From contig JAWBZR010000010.1 of the NCBI GenBank assembly GCA_044343545.1, positions 1 through 24,863 on the forward strand: a stretch of DNA of 24,863 nucleotides, written 5' to 3'. Below the pieces are notes generated by a model. That model made no database searches. It was not told the DNA's origin and saw nothing but the letters and a program-made list of their open reading frames with translations. This DNA comes from Candidatus Aenigmatarchaeota archaeon (GTDB taxonomy: Archaea; Aenigmatarchaeota; Aenigmatarchaeia; CG10238-14). This document shows, piece by piece, positions 1 through 7,928 of this stretch. The first letter of the stretch is position 1. Each line of letters begins with the position of its first letter. The translations under genes and the position numbers were made by a program.

Positions 1-1
1 G

Positions 2-220
2 GATTACTGTGTTTACATTCACAAGAGCTGTCAAAAGATAATGATTGCACAGTGGGATTACAATGCGAGCTTGCCTGCGTGCAATGCGAGAAAGTATATA
101 ACGCAAGAAACTTTTATGCCAAACTACATACATAAAATAAATGTAACAGTATTTGTCCCCAGAGGTATTCCGTCAGGAAATACAACTTCGAGCATAATGA
201 CATTTTTCGCTGAACCCTAA
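2..220 (+). CDS. 3' end of a hypothetical, possibly surface-exposed, protein (partial; runs in from the window edge)
   Basis: Frame 2 is open from base 2 (DYCVYIHKSC...KINVTVFVPRGIPSGNTTSSIMTFFAEP) to TAA at 218-220 and is followed by a T-tract. Confidence 0.65.
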   Translation, partial: DYCVYIHKSCQKIMIAQWDYNASLPACNARKYITQETFMPNYIHKINVTVFVPRGIPSGNTTSSIMTFFAEP

Positions 221-223
221 AAC

Positions 224-249
224 TTTTTTTATTTTTTATTTTTTTATTT
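224..249 (+). terminator. Oligo-T tract, candidate archaeal intrinsic terminator
   Basis: Runs of T broken by single A bases directly after the stop at 220. Confidence 0.45.
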
Positions 250-257
250 CATTTAAT

Positions 258-1334
258 ATGCAAAGAACAGGTATATTTGATTTGCCACTTCATAACGGAA
301 AAACTCCTAAATGGTTGTTTGAAAAAATGGTAAGAATTTCTGAAGCTATTTCTGAAATAATAGTATTTGAATATGGACAAAAGGAATTTATAAAAAGATT
401 GTCCAATCCTTTTTGGTTTCAATCTTTTGCCTGCGCAATTGGTTTTGATTGGCACTCCTCCGGCACTACAACCACTGCTTGTGGTGCTTTGAAGGTTGCG
501 TTAACAAAAAATGACTTTGGCATAAAAATTTGTGGGGGGAAAGGGAAAAGAGCATTAAACGCAAAAAAAGAAATTCTCGAAACTGAATTAAACGACAAAA
601 AGATCACCAAAATATTGTATGCGGATAAAATGACGACAAAAATAGATAATTGTTGCATTCAAGATGGATATAAAATTTATCATCATTGTATAATATTTTC
701 TGAAAAAGGAGATTGGGCTGTCATCAATCAAGGCATGAACGAAAGATATGCAAGAAGATATCATTGGTTTTGTGAAAATGTAAAAAGTTTTGTCGAAGAA
801 CCGCACAGTGGAATAATGGGAGATAAAATAGAATCAAACGTCCTTGACATGACAAGTAAAGAAAACAAAGAATTAAGAAAAGCATGTATAGATGTAATAA
901 ATGATGAAAACATGCTAAAAAAATTAGTTAGACAAACGACATTAAATGATTTTGACAAAATCAATTTTTTAAGATTCCCGAAAAACCATGAAATTTCAAA
1001 CGTTAATTTAAGTAGAGAAACTATAGAATTCTTACAAAAAGTTTCAAGTTTTCAACCAAAAAATTATGAAGAATTGATAGCATTAGATGGTTTTGGCCCT
1101 CAAAAAGTAAGAGCCTTGGCTTTAATTTCTCAACTATTGTTCGGCGTTGAAATAAAATGGAAAGATCCGTTAAAATATACATTTGCGCATGGAGGTAAAG
1201 ACGGTCATCCACATCCAGTAAACAAAGAAGTTTATGAAGACTCCATAAATTTTTTAAAAGAAGCTATAAATCAAGCCAAACTGAAAGATTATGAGAAGAT
1301 GAATGCTTTGAAGAGACTAAATCAAATTTTTTAA
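258..1334 (+). CDS. DUF763 family protein
   Basis: N-terminal DLPLHNGKTPKWLF, PFWFQSF...GFDWHSSGTTT, DNCCIQDGY, QGMN, and C-terminal FAHGGKDGHPHPV; HhH-like LDGFGPQKVRAL. Confidence 0.9.
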   Translation: MQRTGIFDLPLHNGKTPKWLFEKMVRISEAISEIIVFEYGQKEFIKRLSNPFWFQSFACAIGFDWHSSGTTTTACGALKVALTKNDFGIKICGGKGKRALNAKKEILETELNDKKITKILYADKMTTKIDNCCIQDGYKIYHHCIIFSEKGDWAVINQGMNERYARRYHWFCENVKSFVEEPHSGIMGDKIESNVLDMTSKENKELRKACIDVINDENMLKKLVRQTTLNDFDKINFLRFPKNHEISNVNLSRETIEFLQKVSSFQPKNYEELIALDGFGPQKVRALALISQLLFGVEIKWKDPLKYTFAHGGKDGHPHPVNKEVYEDSINFLKEAINQAKLKDYEKMNALKRLNQIF

Positions 1335-2521
1335 CCATTCAATAGTGTTTGATATATTTTTTCTCTTATTTTTTCTGCTTTCAATGATGCTTCGAGTATT
1401 TTTTCATCTTTTATTGCTTGCTGCAATTTTGACAAAACCTTACTTTGAATCTCCAAACCCACCAAAAATCTTACAGGATCTCTATGCCATTTATCTCTTG
1501 TAAACCACCAATACATGCAGCTATGTTCTCCTTTATCTAACAAGTCTCTTGCTTCTTCCCACAATTTTCTTTGCGTTATATCACCGTTTATCTTTTTTTG
1601 AGCATACCACGTTGCTTTTATGGCTAAATATAAATGTTTCCATGCCAAATCATGCACTGTCCTAAAAGGTTCTTCTTTTTTTTCCAACCACAAAGGAAAA
1701 TAATTACCTTCCTTTATATCTTCATATGTTGTCGACCAACTTGACGGTAAAGCATCTATCTCACCAAAATGAGGAAATTTCTTAAAAATCTCGCTCACGT
1801 GTATTGACTGTATATCATTCCTCATCTCTATTTTATCCAATGTTTCATTCATTCCTCCTACCATTGATTTTACATGATGCCCTATCGTTTCGCCATCCAA
1901 CGCAGTAAAGCAATAAGTGCCTTTAGCCAATGTATCTATAAAATTGCTATCTGCTTTGCCAAACCCTATGTTTAAGCTTACAACATCATCTCTAAAAACA
2001 ACTTTTAGCTTGTACTTCCCATAACTTACTGTATGCCAACCCTTGTTAGTCCAATGACCGTTAGAAGCCACGCCGGCCAGCGTTATCCAGCTGTAACCGG
2101 CCTTGGCTATTGCGGGGGTGATAGAAGGAGCATACGCCATTTCAGGAAGCCAAGCACCAGTAGGTTTATACGCCTTACCAAATGCCTTTTTATTTATCTT
2201 GTCGTTGAGTTTGAACTGTCTTATTATTTCCTTTTCTGGCAATAATGGGCAAAGGGCGTGATAAGCTGTGCTACTTACAAACTCTAATTGACCTCTATCC
2301 GCCAATTCTCCAAAACCTGATATAACATCTGAAAGATTGTTTTCTTGAAAGAGGATGGTCAAAGATGCATTTATATTTAATGTAAAATTACATGAAGGGT
2401 GGGACTTGTAGATCTCTATGATTTTTCTGTAGGATTCTTCTGTTATTTTTAACAACCACTCTTTTGTCTGAATAGGAGGTTGATAGATGTGCCAGAGAGG
2501 TGCCCAATAAGCTTTAAGCAT
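1331..2521 (-). CDS. Glycoside hydrolase family 57 protein (amylase/amylopullulanase-like)
   Basis: GH57 conserved regions HIYQP, GQLEFVSSTAYHALCPL, WLPEMA (nucleophile Glu), ALDGETIGHH (acid/base Asp), HSCMYWW. Confidence 0.9.
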   Translation of the reverse strand: MLKAYWAPLWHIYQPPIQTKEWLLKITEESYRKIIEIYKSHPSCNFTLNINASLTILFQENNLSDVISGFGELADRGQLEFVSSTAYHALCPLLPEKEIIRQFKLNDKINKKAFGKAYKPTGAWLPEMAYAPSITPAIAKAGYSWITLAGVASNGHWTNKGWHTVSYGKYKLKVVFRDDVVSLNIGFGKADSNFIDTLAKGTYCFTALDGETIGHHVKSMVGGMNETLDKIEMRNDIQSIHVSEIFKKFPHFGEIDALPSSWSTTYEDIKEGNYFPLWLEKKEEPFRTVHDLAWKHLYLAIKATWYAQKKINGDITQRKLWEEARDLLDKGEHSCMYWWFTRDKWHRDPVRFLVGLEIQSKVLSKLQQAIKDEKILEASLKAEKIREKIYQTLLNG

Positions 2522-2552
2522 TATATCACTATATAGTAGTTAGTAAAAGAAG

Positions 2553-2580
2553 TATATAAATTTTACTATTTAATAGTAAA
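2553..2580 (-). promoter_or_regulatory. TATA box (TTTATATA) of the GH57 gene with an adjacent perfect inverted repeat
   Basis: TATA at 2560-2553, about 32 nt before the ATG; TTTACTATT-T-AATAGTAAA at 2562-2580. Confidence 0.55.
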
Positions 2581-2652
2581 TAATATACTCTACGATTTCT
2601 CCAGATCGGAAAAATTTTAACTCATATCTGCTCCACTTGCCTCGAAGAAAGT

Positions 2653-3699
2653 TTAAATAGTTTTTTTCAAATTTTGATATCTTTTCTGTGCCTCTTCTAT
2701 TATTCTTTTTAATAAGCTTTCATAATCTATACCTGCCACTCGAGCAGCCAAAGGAAAATAAGAAGTCATGGAAACTTCCGGAGGAATGAGGCCTGGAGGA
2801 CTATTAACATCAAGCACATAGGGATTGTTTTTACCGTCGCATCTTATATCTATTCTACATATATCAGCAAGCTCCAAGGCCTCCCACACTTTTAAGCAAA
2901 CCTCTTTTATCTTTTTTTCCAATTTTTTTTCAATATTGGCTGGACAAGAAAAGTGTTTTTTAGCAAAATCCTTATCTTTTTCCTCCATTATCCACTTGAC
3001 TTCCAAAGAATCTATTGGAGCATATCCTTCTGGCAGTATTGAATGATCTACTTCTATTATAGGCAAAAATTCTGGAGGATTGCCTATCATCGGGACAGAA
3101 AATTCTCTCCCCTTCAAGAAAGTTTGCACCAATGCTGGTTCCTCAAAGGTCTCAATGATAAATTTCACCTTCCTTTTTAAACTTTCTTCATCATAAACGA
3201 CACTATCATTTGTTACACCAGCAGAAGAACCTCTACAACAAGGTTTAACTATTAAAGGAAACTTTAATTTTTTATCCAACTTATCATTAGGCGAATAAAA
3301 AACTTGAGATAATGGCGTGGGTATTTTTCTGCTAATAAAAATTTCTCTTGCTTTCGCTTTATTTAACACCAAACCTTGAGAAAGAGGTGAGGGTCCTGTA
3401 TAAGGTAGTTGCAACATTTCTAACATTGCTGGTAAATGAGAATATCTATCTTTACCATAAATCCCCATAGAATAATTGAAAACTAAATCTATCTTTTCCT
3501 TGTTAGCTTTCAATTTCTCATATGCATTTTCATCTGCTTCTATCGGAATTACATCAAAACCAATATTTTCTAAATGCTTTATCATCCACTCTATAGTTTC
3601 AGGATCATCAAAATCGGCTTCTATTTGAGCCCTCGCATCGTTAGGATCAGGATATTTATGTCTCACGTTATAGACAAACGCAATTGTTTTTACACTCAT
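2653..3699 (-). CDS. D-alanine-D-alanine ligase-like ATP-grasp enzyme
   Basis: LEMLQLPYTG, NKAKAREIF, FPLIVKP...GSSAGV, QTFLKGREFSV, CRIDIR, LDVNSPPGL. Confidence 0.85.
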   Translation of the reverse strand: MSVKTIAFVYNVRHKYPDPNDARAQIEADFDDPETIEWMIKHLENIGFDVIPIEADENAYEKLKANKEKIDLVFNYSMGIYGKDRYSHLPAMLEMLQLPYTGPSPLSQGLVLNKAKAREIFISRKIPTPLSQVFYSPNDKLDKKLKFPLIVKPCCRGSSAGVTNDSVVYDEESLKRKVKFIIETFEEPALVQTFLKGREFSVPMIGNPPEFLPIIEVDHSILPEGYAPIDSLEVKWIMEEKDKDFAKKHFSCPANIEKKLEKKIKEVCLKVWEALELADICRIDIRCDGKNNPYVLDVNSPPGLIPPEVSMTSYFPLAARVAGIDYESLLKRIIEEAQKRYQNLKKTI

Positions 3700-3716
3700 A
3701 AAAAGATTTTAAACAA

Positions 3717-5591
3717 TCACATAATTAAATTTTTGTTTAATCTTTTATCTAACTTTTCCAAAATTTTTGCTATGCTCCAAGCTTGAGAAATACATCCTCT
3801 ACTTTCAAAAGGTTCATCGCCATCTATAATTTCACTTATACACCCCAAACCATACGTTTTCAATTCAAACTCTACAAAATTTTTTATTTCATCTTCCTCC
3901 GCTATCAAACCAAAAAGCCATGGCCAAATAGTGCCATTATGGTAAGCCAAATCTCTTTCTTTAAAACCTCCATAATATTTGCCACGGAAATTTTTATCAT
4001 CTTTCGGCAAAGTTCTAATTCCTCGCGGCGTCAACAACTTTTCTCTTACGATTTTTATGATTTTTGATTTCATATCTTCATCAATCATGCAAAAAGGTAA
4101 ATGAATTGCTATCAATTGGTTTGGCCTTAAAGTTTCATCCTTCTCAGTATCTTTAAGATATCGACCATTCCAGAATTTCTTTATAAAATTCTCTTTTACA
4201 TTTTCAGCAATCGATGCATAACTATAAGCTGATCTATCATACATTTTTCTTGCGAAGTATTCCATTATTTTTAACGCATTATACCACAATGCCTGTATCT
4301 CAACCGGCTTTCCATCTCTTGGAGTAACCGCTTTCCCGTCTACAATTGCATCCATCCATGTCATTCCGCTCTTAGAATTAATCAAAAAATCTTTATCCAT
4401 ACTTATACCATTCACACCATTCATGTAAAATGCCAATATAGATTTTAGTTTAGGATATATTTGAATGATAAATTCGAAATCATCCGTTACTAAATAATAT
4501 TTGTAAATTGCATCAATTAACCATAATGTCGCATCTGCGGAATTATAAGATTCGTCAAAATTAGGTATTAAACCAAATTTTAATTTATCAATCCAACTTT
4601 TTATTATTTCTCTTGCATCATCATATCTTCCGGTAACAAGACATAATCCAGGTAGAGAAATGAATGTGTCTCTTCCCCACTCGCCAAACCAATGATAACC
4701 TGCAATTATTGTCTTAGTGTTTTTTTTGCTAACAATATGCGAATCTGAAGATAAAACCAACCATTTTGCCCACTCGTCTTTTATGCCAGTTATCTTTTGA
4801 AAGTTTTTCAAAAGAGTTTTTTTTCTTTGAATCTCTTTTTTTATCTCATCTTCTACATTAATTTCGATCGAATCCACACTTGCAATTATCACTATTTTTT
4901 TACTTCCAAAAAATACACCTGGATTATAAAGATGTTCTATGGCATCTTCTCCTCTTTCAGCATCTACTTCATAGAAAAAATTCCAATACCATTTTTTATT
5001 TTCTTCCATTTCATTATTTTTGTAAGAGCAATTTGGAGAAAACACATTCAAATGAAAGTTCCCATATTCTGCTCTAAAACCGTTATGTTGAGTAAAAATT
5101 TTTATATCTTTCATATAGCTATTTAACGAGTAAATAGATCTAAAAGCCAAAAGTGGTCTAACAAATAACTTAACTGAAGGGTCACAATCGTAAACGATGA
5201 CCACTGCATCTTTTTCATGAAACATAAAAATTTTTTTCTCAACAATTTTCCCATCAATCTCGAACAAAAATGTAGGAAATGGATTTAAGGAAAATTTTTT
5301 CAAAAACAAAAATCCCTTTGGATAAACAACATCTTTATATCTGTTTGTTGAAATCGCGTAAAAATTTCCATCAACTTCAACTTCTTCTTCCACCTTGGAA
5401 AGTAAAACGTGCCTATTATCTATTTCTCCGCTGATAAGTAAACCATGATACTTTCTTGTATTCATACCTAAAACAGTAGAGGAAGCATATCCACCTAAAC
5501 CATTTGTTAAAAGCCACTCCAATTTTTTTGACTTTTCAAAATCTAAAAGTACATCTTTTTCTACATCAATTTTTGGCAACATTCGTCTCAC
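3717..5591 (-). CDS. Amylo-alpha-1,6-glucosidase (archaeal/bacterial-type glycogen debranching enzyme)
   Basis: EWLLTNGLGGYASST, IAGYHWFGEWGRDTFISLPGL, TWMDA, TPRDGKPVEIQALWYNA, YHNGTIWPW, QAWS. GTG start overlaps the upstream stop; alternative ATG at 5582. Confidence 0.93.
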   Translation of the reverse strand: MRRMLPKIDVEKDVLLDFEKSKKLEWLLTNGLGGYASSTVLGMNTRKYHGLLISGEIDNRHVLLSKVEEEVEVDGNFYAISTNRYKDVVYPKGFLFLKKFSLNPFPTFLFEIDGKIVEKKIFMFHEKDAVVIVYDCDPSVKLFVRPLLAFRSIYSLNSYMKDIKIFTQHNGFRAEYGNFHLNVFSPNCSYKNNEMEENKKWYWNFFYEVDAERGEDAIEHLYNPGVFFGSKKIVIIASVDSIEINVEDEIKKEIQRKKTLLKNFQKITGIKDEWAKWLVLSSDSHIVSKKNTKTIIAGYHWFGEWGRDTFISLPGLCLVTGRYDDAREIIKSWIDKLKFGLIPNFDESYNSADATLWLIDAIYKYYLVTDDFEFIIQIYPKLKSILAFYMNGVNGISMDKDFLINSKSGMTWMDAIVDGKAVTPRDGKPVEIQALWYNALKIMEYFARKMYDRSAYSYASIAENVKENFIKKFWNGRYLKDTEKDETLRPNQLIAIHLPFCMIDEDMKSKIIKIVREKLLTPRGIRTLPKDDKNFRGKYYGGFKERDLAYHNGTIWPWLFGLIAEEDEIKNFVEFELKTYGLGCISEIIDGDEPFESRGCISQAWSIAKILEKLDKRLNKNLIM

Positions 5592-6547
5592 TTGAAATTT
5601 CTTCTTAAAAATTTTGCAGAATCTTCAGGCGTAACTGTAGTAATATTCATACCCGTTCCGTATTCAAAACCAGCATCCCTTTCAATCCTTGGAATCAATT
5701 CTATGTGAAAATGATAGCTTTCCTTTGCTTCCATTTTTGGATAAAGCATGTGAAACATAAAGTTGAATGGAACATCAAGACGTTTGTATGCCTTTAAAAC
5801 GTTTTCTAAGGCCATCAAAACTTGATCTCTGGTTTTGTTTTTCATTTGAATGGAAGGTATATGTTTTTTTGGAAATATCCAAGCTTCAAATGGCTGCAAC
5901 GGTGCATACGGGCAAAGAACAAAAACTTCATTATTTTCAAAAACTACTCTTTTTTTCATTTTTCTTTCCAAATTTAAAATTTCACAAAAGATGCATTGAT
6001 TGTTGAAATCATAAAAATTTTTTGCTTTTTCAATTTCTTGTTGTATTAAAGCAGGAACTGCAGGCAAAGATATCATTTGAGTGTGTGGATGACTTTGCGA
6101 TGCGCCTGCCTCTTTACCGTGATTCTTGAAAATTGAAACATATTTCACATTTTCATCCGCCATCTCCATATAAACTATATCTGCAATTGTTTCGAACCAC
6201 AATATCCATCTATCCAAACCGTAAGAACCGGGATGCAAATCGTGCAATTCTGTATCTACAATAATGTAATGTTTTCCGTATGCCGAAGTGGATTGTAATA
6301 ATTTTTGTTTATTAGTCTCGTATCGAAACTTTGAAACTGCGGGAAATTTGTTTTCAAAAACCCTTATTCTCCAATTACCCAATGGCTTTTCTATTATACT
6401 TGGTGGTGTCTTACTTTCATTTCCAGGACAAAAAACACAAGATTCGTCTTTTAGCTGCAGACTTTTTTCATCACTCGTCGGTCTTTTTGCTCTCCTAGGT
6501 GATATTATTACCCATCTGTCAAGTAAATAATCTTTTCTTATTTCCAT
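5588..6547 (-). CDS. galT: Galactose-1-phosphate uridylyltransferase family (HIT-like) nucleotidyltransferase
   Basis: EIRKD...RAKRP, CVFCPGNE, NKFPA, FKNHGKEAGASQSHPHTQ (HxHxQ), HFHIELIPR, AGFEYGTG. Confidence 0.9.
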   Translation of the reverse strand: MEIRKDYLLDRWVIISPRRAKRPTSDEKSLQLKDESCVFCPGNESKTPPSIIEKPLGNWRIRVFENKFPAVSKFRYETNKQKLLQSTSAYGKHYIIVDTELHDLHPGSYGLDRWILWFETIADIVYMEMADENVKYVSIFKNHGKEAGASQSHPHTQMISLPAVPALIQQEIEKAKNFYDFNNQCIFCEILNLERKMKKRVVFENNEVFVLCPYAPLQPFEAWIFPKKHIPSIQMKNKTRDQVLMALENVLKAYKRLDVPFNFMFHMLYPKMEAKESYHFHIELIPRIERDAGFEYGTGMNITTVTPEDSAKFLRRNFK

Positions 6548-6553
6548 TAAAGT

Positions 6554-6581
6554 ATAATTTTATTTTCTTTTTAATTAAAAA
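6554..6581 (-). promoter_or_regulatory. Promoter of the galT-GDE-ATP-grasp unit (TATA plus AAATAAAATTAT element); the 49-bp gap is shared with the divergent phosphohexomutase gene
   Basis: Minus-strand TTTTTAAT at 6581-6574, an 8-nt gap, then the 12-mer at 6565-6554. Confidence 0.5.
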
Positions 6582-6596
6582 GCTAACAATATTATT

Positions 6597-7928
6597 ATGT
6601 CGAAAATTTTCAAAAGCTATGATATTAGAGGTATTGTTGGTAAGGAATTGAACAATAAAATTGCCGAAAAAATAGGACTTTCTTTTGGAACATACTTGCA
6701 AGGCTGTGAAGATGTTATAGTTGGTAGAGACATGAGAAACAGCGGGAAAATTCTAAAAGAATTTTTTGTGAAAGGTTTATTGAAAACAGGATGTAACGTA
6801 ATTGATATTGGCATGGTGCCGACACCATTGACATACTTTTCAATAGTTTTTTTGGAAAAGAATGCTGGTGCTTCCATTACTGCATCACATAATCCACCAG
6901 AATGGAACGGTTTCAAGCTTAGAGGAAAAAACGCTATGGCATTATTTTATGAAGGTGAGTTGAAAAAAATAGAAAATATATTCTCAAGTGGAAATTTTCT
7001 CAAGCTTAAAAAAGGATGGCTTGTTGAAAAAGACATGCGAAACATATACGTAAATAAGATTTGTGGAAGCTTGTGTCTGGAAAGAAAATTAAAGGTCGTG
7101 TTAGACGTTGGTAACGGAATGGGCGGAATTGCTGAAACCATCTACAGAAATTTAGGTTGCGAAGTAATCACACTTTTCAAAGAACCTGACGGAAACTTTC
7201 CTCATCATATACCAAATCCTTCTTTACCAGAAACCTTGAGATGTTTGCAAAGAATGGTTTTGAAACATAAAGCTGATATCGGAATTTCATTTGATGCGGA
7301 CTGTGATAGAGTGGGGTTTGTTGATAATAGGGGTAGAGTAATAAATCCTGCTATTATTTTTGAAATATTCGTTATGGATAGAATAAAAAGAAAAGATAAT
7401 GTTGTTTGCGACATAAGAACACCCAATTTTGTCATAGATTTTATACAATCCTTGGGTGGAAACCCTATAATAAAAAGAGCGGGTAGTGGATATATTATGC
7501 AAGAAGTTATTGAAAAAGATGCTATTTTTGCTGGAGAAATGAGTGGTCATTTTTGGTTTGGAAAAGAATGGTTCAACATAGATGATGGTATATTTGCTGG
7601 CGCGAAAATGATTGAATTCTTAAGCAAACAAAAAAAGAGCTTGGCAAAAATAGTAGATGATATGCCAAAGAATTACTTCTTGCCCTCTAAAAGAATAAAG
7701 TGTCCGGAAAACAAAAAGGAAAAAGTAATAGAGAAAATAGAGAAAATGCTTGAAGACAAATATGAAATATTGAAAATAGATGGAATAAAAATTTTGTCAG
7801 AAGATTTCTCAGTATTGATAAGACCTTCAAGAACAGAACCTGAAATAGAAATAGTTGTAGAGAGTAAGAAAAACAATGTGAATAAAATCGCGAAAAATTT
7901 CGAAAAAATCATAAAGAGCTTGCTTTAA
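6597..7928 (+). CDS. Phosphomannomutase/phosphoglucomutase
   Basis: FKSYDIRG, ITASHNP (phospho-Ser), FDADCDR (metal loop), GEMSGH, RPSRTEP. Confidence 0.95.
   Translation: MSKIFKSYDIRGIVGKELNNKIAEKIGLSFGTYLQGCEDVIVGRDMRNSGKILKEFFVKGLLKTGCNVIDIGMVPTPLTYFSIVFLEKNAGASITASHNPPEWNGFKLRGKNAMALFYEGELKKIENIFSSGNFLKLKKGWLVEKDMRNIYVNKICGSLCLERKLKVVLDVGNGMGGIAETIYRNLGCEVITLFKEPDGNFPHHIPNPSLPETLRCLQRMVLKHKADIGISFDADCDRVGFVDNRGRVINPAIIFEIFVMDRIKRKDNVVCDIRTPNFVIDFIQSLGGNPIIKRAGSGYIMQEVIEKDAIFAGEMSGHFWFGKEWFNIDDGIFAGAKMIEFLSKQKKSLAKIVDDMPKNYFLPSKRIKCPENKKEKVIEKIEKMLEDKYEILKIDGIKILSEDFSVLIRPSRTEPEIEIVVESKKNNVNKIAKNFEKIIKSLL

Noticed and set aside
2524..2540. TATCAC half-site resembling the Thermococcales glycolytic motif (TATCAC-N5-GTGATA)
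   Set aside because: The second half-site (AGTAGT) does not match
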